The notes beneath the pieces were generated by a model. That model did not search any database. It saw only the letters and a list, made by a program, of their open reading frames with translations, and was not told where the DNA came from. A stretch of 64,000 nucleotides of DNA from an uncultured Chloroflexia bacterium (GTDB lineage: Bacteria; Chloroflexota; Limnocylindria; Limnocylindrales; CSP1-4). The stretch is from NCBI GenBank assembly GCA_963748625.1, contig CAVVJT010000003.1, forward strand, positions 96,001 to 160,000, in the 5' to 3' direction. This document shows positions 8,239 through 17,221 of the stretch, piece after piece (the first letter of the stretch is position 1; each line of letters starts with the position of its first letter). The position numbers and the translations under genes are program-made.

Positions 8239-9930
8239 GTGATGTCAGGGGGACGTGTGGACGACTCGAGCATGCGGAGCGCTTCGACCAGGACGCCCCG
8301 CCAGCATCGGCGGACCCGGGTCCGGATGCTTCTGAAGGCGCTGGTGTCGCCTTCGCGGTTCGCGATCGTCGGCCTCATCGGCATCTTCGTGAACCAGGTC
8401 GCGCTGTGGGCCTTCACCGACCTCGGCGGCATCAACTACCTGGTCTCGGCGGTCCTCGCCTCCCAGGTGTCGACGCTCAACAACTTCGTCCTCACCGAGC
8501 TCTGGGTCTTCCGCGGGCGTGACCTGCGCGGACACGCCTTCCTCCGCTATATCGCGTTCGACCTCGTCAACATGGCCACGCTGGTCATCCGGATCCCGGT
8601 CCTGTGGCTGCTGACCGACATCGTCGGGCTCTTCTACCTGTGGTCGAACCTCGTCGCGATCATGATCACGTTCGGGGTCCGGTACCTGATCGCGGACAAC
8701 TGGATCTGGGCGGGCCGCGACCACATGGCCCAGAAGGCGGTCGATGGCGTGTTCCACTACGACATCGCGGGCCTTGTCCGCCTCGTGTCGCCGGTGGCGC
8801 TTCCGGAGCTTGCCTCGATGAATGTGGCCCATGCCGTCGACGCGGACATCGTGATCACGCGACGGGCGATCGGCGGCGGGCCGCGCCTCCACCGCAGAAC
8901 ATGGAGGGCCGAGAGCGGATCGATCCACTACCGGGAGCAGCTCGGCTTCCTCGGCGCTGCGTTCGACGTACGCATGCCGCCGGACGGGCGAGGGCCGATC
9001 GCCCTTGACGCCAACTGGTTGCTGGTGTGGTCGCACCACGTGCTGTACACGAACATGGTCGAGCCCCTGCTGCGCTTCGTGCTCATCGATCGCGGCCACG
9101 TCCTGCTCCACAGCGCCGCGGTGGACGCGGACAACGGCGCCGTGCTCATGTCGGCACTGACCGACACCGGCAAGACAAGCACGGTCCTGCGCCTGCTCAT
9201 GGAACGGCCATGGGGTTTCCTGGCCGATGACATGGTCATCGTGGCGCCGAGCGGCATGATCCTGGGCTACCCGAAGCCGATGACCCTCTCGTCGCACACC
9301 ATGAATGCCGTGAACGACCAGGCGCTGCCGGTCGCCGACCGCATGATGCTTGCGCTCCGCTCCAAGCTGCACTCGAGGGAGGGGCGGGCCGTCGGCCACG
9401 CGATGGGCCGCATGCCGCTCCCGATCGTGACGATCAACGCCTGGGTCCAGATCCTTGTCCCGCCGCCCAAGTACCACGTCACCTCCCTGATCGAGTGCGA
9501 TGTCGTCGACCACTCCCAGCTGGATGCCGTCATCCTCATGGAGCGAGGGGAGCCATTCGCCGAGATCCCGGAGCTCGAGGCAACGATCGACCGCCTGCTC
9601 GCGAACACGGACGACGCGTACACGTTCCCGCCCTTCTCCTCCTTCGCGCCGCTGATCAGCCTCAACGGCATGGATCACGACGATCTCCGCGGGCGCGAGC
9701 GTGAGCTCCTGACCGAGGCCGTGTCGACGGCCTGGCGCGTTCGCGTTCGCGTGACCGGCCACAACTGGTCCGACCTCATTCCGAGCCTGCTGGCGGAGCG
9801 CAGGCCCCTGCTGGAGCCCGTTGACGCGTCGGCTGAGCCCCCGGCTGCGGCAGCGCCAGACCTGGCGACGCCGGGTCCCGACGACGAAGCGTCGACAGAG
9901 CGCTCGGCAGTCGTCGCCGACGTCCCGTGA
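8239..9930 (+). CDS. GtrA-family membrane domain fused to an HPr-kinase-like P-loop domain
   Basis: N-terminal 4-TM segment (RFAIVG...NNFVLTELWVF); C-terminal LLHSAAV, TDTGKTS, FLADDMV. Confidence 0.75.
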   Translation: MMSGGRVDDSSMRSASTRTPRQHRRTRVRMLLKALVSPSRFAIVGLIGIFVNQVALWAFTDLGGINYLVSAVLASQVSTLNNFVLTELWVFRGRDLRGHAFLRYIAFDLVNMATLVIRIPVLWLLTDIVGLFYLWSNLVAIMITFGVRYLIADNWIWAGRDHMAQKAVDGVFHYDIAGLVRLVSPVALPELASMNVAHAVDADIVITRRAIGGGPRLHRRTWRAESGSIHYREQLGFLGAAFDVRMPPDGRGPIALDANWLLVWSHHVLYTNMVEPLLRFVLIDRGHVLLHSAAVDADNGAVLMSALTDTGKTSTVLRLLMERPWGFLADDMVIVAPSGMILGYPKPMTLSSHTMNAVNDQALPVADRMMLALRSKLHSREGRAVGHAMGRMPLPIVTINAWVQILVPPPKYHVTSLIECDVVDHSQLDAVILMERGEPFAEIPELEATIDRLLANTDDAYTFPPFSSFAPLISLNGMDHDDLRGRERELLTEAVSTAWRVRVRVTGHNWSDLIPSLLAERRPLLEPVDASAEPPAAAAPDLATPGPDDEASTERSAVVADVP

Positions 9931-11480
9931 GCGCGCTCGTCGAGTCACCGCACGCGGCGAGCGCGTGGCCGCACTGGACGGCTGCCTGGGACCGGCGGGG
10001 GGTCCTTGCCCTCCTGGCCCTGGCGGCCCTGGGGATCGCGCTGCGGTTCGCCGGTCTCGCCCTCGGCGCAGGCATGGACAGCCGGATCGGACTCGACGAC
10101 GCCACGTACTTCGCGGGCGCCACCTCCTTCGTGGAGGGCCGGTTGCCGTATCGCGACTTCAACATCCTCCATCCGCCCGGGATCCTGTATTCGCTGGCGC
10201 CGTTTGCCTACCTCGCGCGTTTCATCGGCGAGACGGACGCCTTCGTCCTGGCACGGTTCGCCGTGATGCTCCTGGGCGGGGTCAACATCGTGCTCGTGGG
10301 CCTCGTGGGGCGCCGGATAGGGTGGGGGACGGCACTGTGCGCCGCGGCCCTGTACACCGTGTGGTCCGTTCCGGCGCAGTGGGAGCGGTCGGCCTACCTC
10401 ATCGCCCCGCAGGCGACGCTCCTGCTGCTTGCCCTGTTGCAGCTCACCGGGCGCAACGCGGGCGACCTGACCACCCGGCGGGTGATTGTGGCGGGCGTCC
10501 TCATGGGCGTGTCCGGGGCGTTCCAGGTGTGGTCGGTGATCCCGGCGGCGGTGATCCTCGCCTGGATCGTCATCACCTGCAGGTCGTCTGCGAGGATTGC
10601 TGTGCGGAGAGCGGCCGCCTACGTCCTTGCCGGCGTGGTCACCGTGCTGCTGCTGCTGGGACCCTTCCTGCTCACGACGGGGCCGAAGATGATCCAGATG
10701 ATCATCTTCGCGCAGGCCTCACGTACCGGTATCTACGCCACCCCCGTGGTCGATAGGCTCCGGCAACTCGAGGGATTGCCGCCGTCGCTGCTGGGCTTCC
10801 ACGTGCCGGGGCTGCTGGTGGTGGCGATCGGCATCGTGATCGGCAGTGCAGTGCTGTTCGTGGCCTGGAAGCGCCCGGCCGTGCGCCTGTGGGTCGCGAT
10901 CGGGATCTTCGAGATGGCGTTCCTGATGATCACCCCCACGTTCGTGAACCACTACGCCGCGTGGCCGGCCGCCGTCAACACCCTGAGCATCGGTGCGGTC
11001 GTCGCGTTCGGGCTCGAGCGTGCTCGCCCCCGGCCGCGGCGCGTCCTCCTGGTCATCTACGCCGCCGCCCTTGTCGGCCTTGCCGTCCTGACGGCACGGC
11101 CGACGGGGTCGACCGTTGCGATCAGCCCGACGTCGCCCGATCTCACGGACGCCCGCTGCGTCGTCGCCAACGAGTCGATCCTGCTGATCCGGTCCGAGAC
11201 CCTCATCCGGAGCCTTCGCAACGGATGCCGCCTGCTGCCGAACCCTCGCAGCGTCTCCCACGTCAACAACGCGGCGAACGAGGGACCGGATGTGCCTCGA
11301 GCACGCCAGGCGGAGTACCAACAGGGTGCGCTCGAGTACTACACGTCGGGCGACGTCGCCCTGATCCGCCCGCTCGAGGTCGATGGCTTCTCGGAGGCGA
11401 CGTGGGCTGCGATCCAGGCAGCGCTGCCATACCACGAGCGGTACGGCAAGATCGACGTCCTGCGCAAGTCCGCACCGTGA
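9927..11480 (+). CDS. GT-C type membrane glycosyltransferase (ArnT/PMT-like)
   Basis: DDATY...GRLPYRDFNILHPPG after the first TM helix; many TM helices; GTGA coupling to the upstream gene. Confidence 0.8.
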   Translation: MSALVESPHAASAWPHWTAAWDRRGVLALLALAALGIALRFAGLALGAGMDSRIGLDDATYFAGATSFVEGRLPYRDFNILHPPGILYSLAPFAYLARFIGETDAFVLARFAVMLLGGVNIVLVGLVGRRIGWGTALCAAALYTVWSVPAQWERSAYLIAPQATLLLLALLQLTGRNAGDLTTRRVIVAGVLMGVSGAFQVWSVIPAAVILAWIVITCRSSARIAVRRAAAYVLAGVVTVLLLLGPFLLTTGPKMIQMIIFAQASRTGIYATPVVDRLRQLEGLPPSLLGFHVPGLLVVAIGIVIGSAVLFVAWKRPAVRLWVAIGIFEMAFLMITPTFVNHYAAWPAAVNTLSIGAVVAFGLERARPRPRRVLLVIYAAALVGLAVLTARPTGSTVAISPTSPDLTDARCVVANESILLIRSETLIRSLRNGCRLLPNPRSVSHVNNAANEGPDVPRARQAEYQQGALEYYTSGDVALIRPLEVDGFSEATWAAIQAALPYHERYGKIDVLRKSAP

Positions 11481-11575
11481 GCTCCGGCCCGTGCAGCGGG
11501 CCCCGGCGCCAGAGTGACCACTTCCGATAAGGTGAGTTATGTCGTCTTTTGCAGTGTGAGGAACTCCCACAGGCG

Positions 11576-11959
11576 TCAGTTGAATGCGTCCAAGAAGATG
11601 CGGTACGTTCCATCCCCCTCCTTGCGCCAGACATACATGCAATCGCAGAAGTAGCTCCCCTCCTCGCCGTTTCGTTCCCATCTGGCAAAGGACGTTGCCA
11701 CCTGGTAGATGAGATCTCCGCTGATTCCGACATCCAGAACGACAGCGTTCGCTTCGACCACGCCGGTCATCGCAAAGCAGAATTGATCGATGGCCTCGCG
11801 CCCTTGGATCTTTCGCTTGTCAAAGCCAATGATCGTTGCCTCATCTGAATAGAACGCCGCATATCCCTGAAGATCGCCGCGCATCAGGCAGGCATCCATC
11901 TCCTGGTTCAGTCGTTCGATCAGCTCCCGGACCTCGGTCATCGGCGTTGGTTCGCTCAT
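11576..11959 (-). CDS. NTF2-like (DUF4440/YybH-like) protein
   Basis: GDLQGYAAFYSDEA, IQGREAI, VWRKEGDGTYRI; GGAG SD; visibly lower GC. Confidence 0.8.
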   Translation of the reverse strand: MSEPTPMTEVRELIERLNQEMDACLMRGDLQGYAAFYSDEATIIGFDKRKIQGREAIDQFCFAMTGVVEANAVVLDVGISGDLIYQVATSFARWERNGEEGSYFCDCMYVWRKEGDGTYRIFLDAFN

Positions 11960-12083
11960 TCGTTCTCCTGGGTGGGCCGTGTCAACTGATCCTGTGAAGG
12001 AAGCAGGGATCCCGTGTGGCACGCAAGGTAGCGCGCACGGGGCCATCCGAGAGACCGCCGAGCCTGCCTGACTCGGTCGAGGG

Positions 12084-12533
12084 TCAGCCGTAGGCGATGA
12101 GGGTCGGGACTCCGGTGGCCTGGTTCACCTCCACCCAGTAGTGCGCCGGGTAGGGCTCGCCCTTCGCGGCCTCCGTCGTGTCAATCTGGACCTCCCAGAC
12201 AGGCTCCCCGGCATTCGGGCTCATTGGCCCTCCCGTGGCGGCCTTCACGCGCGAGGTGAGATCGGTGATCGTGATGGTCATCCCGTTCTCGTCAGGAGCC
12301 GCGGCGCAGGACCGGAGCATGTCCACCGCCGTCTGCTCGGCCGCCGTAGCCGTCGCAGGACCGGCCGTGTAGGCGAACGTGATCGGCACCGGGCTGTAGC
12401 CGTAGGGCTGGCAGGAGACCTGCGCCGGCACGGAGCTCACCTGGGGCACCGAGCTCGCCACAGGCGCGGAGCCCAGCGGGCTCGCGCAGCCCGCGAGAAG
12501 CACCAGGGGCAGTAGAAGGAGGCATCGGTCCAT
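12084..12533 (-). CDS. putative lipoprotein
   Basis: Signal peptide with lipobox LLAGC; GAGG SD. Confidence 0.75.
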   Translation of the reverse strand: MDRCLLLLPLVLLAGCASPLGSAPVASSVPQVSSVPAQVSCQPYGYSPVPITFAYTAGPATATAAEQTAVDMLRSCAAAPDENGMTITITDLTSRVKAATGGPMSPNAGEPVWEVQIDTTEAAKGEPYPAHYWVEVNQATGVPTLIAYG

Positions 12534-12682
12534 AACCGACCTCAGAGACGTTGTGATGAAAGCCCGAGTCTCACACGACTACCGAGTCCGTTCACAGGCT
12601 CGCAGACATTCGTCATTGGTCAAGGAGGAATGCACCGAGCGCTCCAGAACACCTGCTGGACACGGTCGCGTACGATGCCGCG

Positions 12683-13453
12683 ATGACCGGCGAGCGCAAT
12701 GCCATTGCCCATCCCCTCGTGGTCGACTTCGGCGGCCAGCCCATAGGACCGCTGCGGTTCCTGCTCCAGGATGCGTATGCGCCGACCGGGATCGTCGAGT
12801 ATCCAAGCGAGGGCATGGCCTGCCGGCACACACCCTGGCTCACCGAGGTCGTCCTGGACCTGACGGGCACGACCGCCACGGCCGTCCTGTACCTGCTGCC
12901 CAAGGACGAGAGGACCGTGCTCCTTGCCGCCTGTCTCGACCAGGTCTTCGAGCCGTTCTTCAAGCTGATGGCCGGTGGCGACTATGGGGACGCCGTGACC
13001 AGGCTGGTGGCCACGCACTGGCCCGAGGTGCACGCGATGCTGGCCCGGAGCAACAGCTCGTCCGCGTCAGGGCGCGTCCTCGCCGTCGTGACCACGTCCG
13101 GGCGAAACCAGTGGGTCGTCGCCGACCACGTGCCTTCCAGCCCGGACCACGAGATCCCGAGCCGGCAGATGCACGACCTCATCGGCGCTGCGCTCACCGT
13201 GTACTCCCGGATCGCCAACGCCGGCGTCGAGCTTCCGGGCCTCATCAACGTCCTGGGCGGGCCGGATCGCACGTCCCGGCGGCTCACGAGCCTGGCCGGC
13301 CTGCTGGGTGCTGTCGGGGACTTCGGCACGGCGTTCGGCGGTGGGATCAAGGCCGATGAGCTGTATGGCATGGCCATGGCTGCCCGGGAGGCCGTCACGA
13401 ACGCGGTCGACCTCGCGGACCGGGGAACGACGGGCCGACGCGATGGGAGCTGA
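12683..13453 (+). CDS. hypothetical protein
   Basis: 256-aa ORF with coding-like codon usage; TACGAT 6 nt before ATG. Confidence 0.7.
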   Translation: MTGERNAIAHPLVVDFGGQPIGPLRFLLQDAYAPTGIVEYPSEGMACRHTPWLTEVVLDLTGTTATAVLYLLPKDERTVLLAACLDQVFEPFFKLMAGGDYGDAVTRLVATHWPEVHAMLARSNSSSASGRVLAVVTTSGRNQWVVADHVPSSPDHEIPSRQMHDLIGAALTVYSRIANAGVELPGLINVLGGPDRTSRRLTSLAGLLGAVGDFGTAFGGGIKADELYGMAMAAREAVTNAVDLADRGTTGRRDGS

Positions 13454-14075
13454 CCTCGAGCTCGCGCGAATCCCGCTGGTGCTGGATCCGCAGGAGGTCC
13501 CCTTCGTCCTCGGCTTCAGGCAGGACGCACGACGATGCCTCGTCGCCGGCGGCGCGGAGTACCGGCGGGCCTCGGACAGGGTCGCGATCGACTGGCGGCT
13601 GGGCGACCTCCGGCTCCGGGCACTCCTCCTCAATGGCGACGGGGTCAGCTACCTGGTCGCGTGCCCCGGGCCGCTGCTCGAGGACTGGTGGCCGCTCCTG
13701 CGGAAGGAGGGCGGAAACCCGGCGCGTCCCCTGCTCTCCGCGGCGGTGGTGGGGGCGGCGCAGCGGTTCGAGACGAGCGACCTGACCGTGGATGTCTCGA
13801 CCGTGCCTGCCAGCGACACCTTCAACATGACGCTCGCCGTCGCGGGCATCGCCCGTGAGCCGGCGATCAGCGAGGAGTCCCTGCTCCTCGCCCACCTGCT
13901 GTCGCTCGGCGTCATCAAGGCCGCCCTGCACCTGCTCATGGAGTACCGGCTGCTCGTCGATCCTGTGCCGGACATGCAGGTCGAAATCGGCGGCATCCAG
14001 CGTCCGTTGCAGGTGGTGCTGGACACCGCCGCCACGTGCGCCGGGGCCATCACGTGGAGGCCTGTCCCCGCCTGA
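13443..14075 (+). CDS. hypothetical protein
   Basis: Overlaps the upstream ORF by 11 nt; coding-like composition. Confidence 0.65.
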   Translation: MGADLELARIPLVLDPQEVPFVLGFRQDARRCLVAGGAEYRRASDRVAIDWRLGDLRLRALLLNGDGVSYLVACPGPLLEDWWPLLRKEGGNPARPLLSAAVVGAAQRFETSDLTVDVSTVPASDTFNMTLAVAGIAREPAISEESLLLAHLLSLGVIKAALHLLMEYRLLVDPVPDMQVEIGGIQRPLQVVLDTAATCAGAITWRPVPA

Positions 14076-14105
14076 CACCGCGGAGCGGGATGCACCCGCC
14101 TCCCG

Positions 14106-15353
14106 TCAGAGCAGCCAGAGCTCCGTCTGGCGTCCGTCGAGGAATGCGCAACCTGCGTCGTCGAACCAGGCGTCCTCCTCGAGCATGAACTGGACGACCT
14201 GGCCATCCCACTCCTCGACGGCCACCCGGGCCTGCAGCTCGATCGAGTACACCGTGGACGGCCACACCGGGTAGTCGCCCTGGCCCTCGACCCCCTCCTG
14301 GTTGTCCCACAGACCGATGGTCGGGCCGGCGGCGTGGCCGTGGAGGCCGATCGGGTGGGTGTAGACAAGCCCGTCGAGCACCTCGCCTGCGGCGGCCCTG
14401 CGCGTGCCCCGGAGGATCTCGTTGCCGCTCCGTCCCGCGGCGAACTGCGCCAGCAGCAGGTCCTGGAGCCGGTTGGCGCGGGCCATGCCGGCCACCAGGC
14501 CATCGGGCGCCCGCGTCTCGCCGGGTGCCAGGACATAGGCGTGCTGCTGCTGGTCGGTGCAATAGCCAGCCGCCACGATGCCGAAGTCGACATGGACGAG
14601 GTCGCCGGCCCCGATGACTGTCTCGGCCTCCTTGCCGGCGAACGAATCGCGAGCCGAGCCTCCCCGTCGCTGCAGGGTGCACGTGGGCTGGAACCACGAG
14701 CCGTGGCCATCGCCGTGGACGGCATTGCGCAGCCACCACTCGACGTCGGCGGTGGTGGTGGTCCCGGGTGTGATCACCTCCGGGGAGAGCGCCCGCCGGA
14801 GATAGCGGTGGGACTGCCGGCAGGCGTCGGCGAGCAGGGCCCGTTCCTCGGGCAGCCGGGTCTCGAGCCAGCCGATGGCGGCAGTCTCCGCGCTCACGAC
14901 CCGGGTGGCCAGCGGCGGCGGGAGGTGGCCGAGGAACTCCTCCCGCTCGGAGGCTGACAGGCCGTCCGCCAGCGGGAACACCGCGGACGCGTTGACCCCG
15001 ATGCGCGCGGGGTCCGCACCGGCGAGGATCTCGGCGACGCGGGCCCACTGGTCCGGCTGCACCTCGGGATCCCACGCCGAGGGGAACGCCTCGCCGACCG
15101 GGTAGCGTGCGACGGCCAGGCGCTGCACGCCATCGGGTGAGCGGAGGAAGACCAGGATCGTCCGCCTTCGGGCCGTGTCCAGCCACGTGGCCGGGAGCAT
15201 GGTCTGGAGCACCGGGTCCTCGTTGTACTCCCGGGCCGCGAGCACCCAGGCGTCGAGGTCCGCGCGGTCCATGAGCGCGGGCATCAGTGTGTCGAGGCGC
15301 ACCGCCAGCAGGCGGTCGTGGGCGTCCGCCCGGGTCCGGAGATCAGAGGTCAT
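14106..15353 (-). CDS. M24 family (Xaa-Pro) aminopeptidase
   Basis: GDLVHVDFGI, TDQQ, THPIGLHGH, SIEL, LEED metal ligands. Confidence 0.9.
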   Translation of the reverse strand: MTSDLRTRADAHDRLLAVRLDTLMPALMDRADLDAWVLAAREYNEDPVLQTMLPATWLDTARRRTILVFLRSPDGVQRLAVARYPVGEAFPSAWDPEVQPDQWARVAEILAGADPARIGVNASAVFPLADGLSASEREEFLGHLPPPLATRVVSAETAAIGWLETRLPEERALLADACRQSHRYLRRALSPEVITPGTTTTADVEWWLRNAVHGDGHGSWFQPTCTLQRRGGSARDSFAGKEAETVIGAGDLVHVDFGIVAAGYCTDQQQHAYVLAPGETRAPDGLVAGMARANRLQDLLLAQFAAGRSGNEILRGTRRAAAGEVLDGLVYTHPIGLHGHAAGPTIGLWDNQEGVEGQGDYPVWPSTVYSIELQARVAVEEWDGQVVQFMLEEDAWFDDAGCAFLDGRQTELWLL

Positions 15354-15453
15354 GCCTCCATGCTGCCAGACTGCGCGACCAGTCGGCATCCGCAGACCGT
15401 GCGGTGACGTCCGGCTCTGGCGTCAGGCACGCGATCCCACCAGCCTGCGGGAC

Positions 15454-16098
15454 ATGGACGCCCCCGCTCCCCCACCCTCCGCTGCCCCGCCCTACGGCCC
15501 GCGCATGACTCAACTCATGCCGGCGCTGCGCCGGGCGTTCCTGGTGGTGAACCGGACGGTGGCTGCGCCGGCCCTCCGCGCCGGCCTGGGGCCGCTGCTG
15601 GTGACGCCGGCCAGCGGCTCGATCCTGCTCCTTCGCACCCGCGGCCGCAGGAGCGGGCTCGTGCGCGAGGCACCCTTGGGCTATGTGGTCCACAACGGAT
15701 CGATCTATGTCTGCGCCGGGTTCGGGCGAGCGACCGCCTGGCTGGCGAACCTGCTCGCCGACCCCGCGGTGGAGGTGATCCTGCCGGGCGCGCGCATCCG
15801 GGCGACCGCGCGCGAGGTGACCGATCGGGCCGAGTACGACGTCGCGCTCCGGGAGCTGATCCGTGCCCTGGGCGTCGTCGGTGCGGCCACCGTCCCGGCC
15901 GCCCTGGATCCCGATGCCGCCATCCCCGACGCCTGGTTCGCCACCCTGCCGCTGGTGCGGCTGGAGCCGGCCGCGATGCTGGCCGGTCCGTGGGATCCCG
16001 GCGGTCGCGGCTGGATCGGCATCGCCCTGGTCGACGCGGCCCTCCTGGCGTTGATCCTCGCCTGTCTGCGTCGACAACCCCGTCGCAAGTCGCGGTGA
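15454..16098 (+). CDS. deazaflavin (F420)-dependent nitroreductase family protein
   Basis: LLLRTRGRRSGLVREAPL, WLANLLADPAVEV; C-terminal TM helix. Confidence 0.85.
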   Translation: MDAPAPPPSAAPPYGPRMTQLMPALRRAFLVVNRTVAAPALRAGLGPLLVTPASGSILLLRTRGRRSGLVREAPLGYVVHNGSIYVCAGFGRATAWLANLLADPAVEVILPGARIRATAREVTDRAEYDVALRELIRALGVVGAATVPAALDPDAAIPDAWFATLPLVRLEPAAMLAGPWDPGGRGWIGIALVDAALLALILACLRRQPRRKSR

Positions 16099-16160
16099 AG
16101 TCGCGCTCGTCATCATGCGCACGTCGCACTCGTGCACATGGTGGTGTACATGCCTTTGAC

Positions 16161-16179
16161 TGACCATTATTCTGACCAT
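16161..16179 (+). promoter_or_regulatory. toxin-antitoxin promoter/operator
   Basis: TGACCAT direct repeat around -10 TATTCT, directly before the antitoxin ATG. Confidence 0.5.
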
Positions 16180-16449
16180 ATGACGAAGATCGTGACGGCA
16201 ACCGAGGCGAAGACGCACATCCTCGCGCTGCTTGACGAGGTGGAGGCGGGCGAGGAGGTCGAGATCACGCGCCATGGACGGCTGGTCGCCCGCCTGGTGC
16301 CGGCGCGCGGTGGCGCGGCCCTCATGGGCAAGTACGCGGGTCTCATGTGGACCGATGTGCCGGACGAGGAGTTGTTCACGGCGTCCGGACAGGACGACTG
16401 GTTCAGCGGTTGGGATTGGACGCGGGGCAGCAAGGAGCCCATGCCGTGA
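16180..16449 (+). CDS. Phd/YefM family antitoxin
   Basis: TATEAKTHILALLDEVEAGEEVEITRHGRLVARLVP. Confidence 0.93.
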   Translation: MTKIVTATEAKTHILALLDEVEAGEEVEITRHGRLVARLVPARGGAALMGKYAGLMWTDVPDEELFTASGQDDWFSGWDWTRGSKEPMP

Positions 16450-16838
16450 CATCCCTCCTCCTGGACACGCATGCGCTGTACTGGTGGGCGAGCGAGCCGA
16501 ACCGGCTTGGCCCCGACGCCCTCAGGAGCCTGCAGGCCGCGGACGACCCGGCCGTGGCCGCCATCACCTGGTGGGAGCTCGCCTGGCTGATGCGCCGCGG
16601 GCGGGTGAAGACGGCCCGGCCAATCCCGGCGCTGCTCGCAAGCCTGGCGGGTGACGTGCGCACGATCACCTTGACGCCGGCCATCGCGGCGCGTGCTGCG
16701 GAGTTGCCCGACCCGTTCCCGCTCGACCCGATGGACCGCCTCATCTACGCCACAGCCGTCGAGCACGGCCTGCGCCTCGTCACCAAGGACGGGCGCCTGC
16801 ACGCCTTCGACCGCGAGCGCGCCGTCGTGGTCTGGTAG
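16446..16838 (+). CDS. vapC: PIN-domain toxin
   Basis: LLLDTHALYW, ITWWEL, DPMDRLIYATA, LVTKD; GTGA overlap with the antitoxin. Confidence 0.93.
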   Translation: MTSLLLDTHALYWWASEPNRLGPDALRSLQAADDPAVAAITWWELAWLMRRGRVKTARPIPALLASLAGDVRTITLTPAIAARAAELPDPFPLDPMDRLIYATAVEHGLRLVTKDGRLHAFDRERAVVVW

Positions 16839-16912
16839 GGCGTTCGGCCGCGGTTGCCCTCACGCGAGGACCATCGACGGCCCGGTCCCCTACCCCACCG
16901 TCGGACGCGGAC

Positions 16913-17182
16913 TCAGGCGAGACCCAGCGCGGCCAGGAGCTCCTCGTCGGACGGCTCGCGCAGGATGCTGTCGGGCCGGTCCGGGTCGCCGATCAGGATC
17001 GTCGGCGTGCGCCACCCGCCGTCGTTCAGGCGGCGGATCCACGCATCCGCGGCAGGATCCTCGTCGACCTTCAGGTAGGTGAACGGGACCGCGCGGCGGA
17101 TGAGCAGGCGACGAGAACGGATGGTGTCCTCGCAGGTGTCGCGTCCGAGGATGACGATGTGAGGCGGAGCCGTGTCGATCAT
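16913..17182 (-). CDS. glutaredoxin/mycoredoxin-like protein
   Basis: CEDT active-site position, VDEDP, GWRTPTI, LREPS. Confidence 0.75.
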   Translation of the reverse strand: MIDTAPPHIVILGRDTCEDTIRSRRLLIRRAVPFTYLKVDEDPAADAWIRRLNDGGWRTPTILIGDPDRPDSILREPSDEELLAALGLA

Positions 17183-17221
17183 CGCGGGAGGATACCCGCC
17201 CACTGGGTGCCCTGACGCGCG

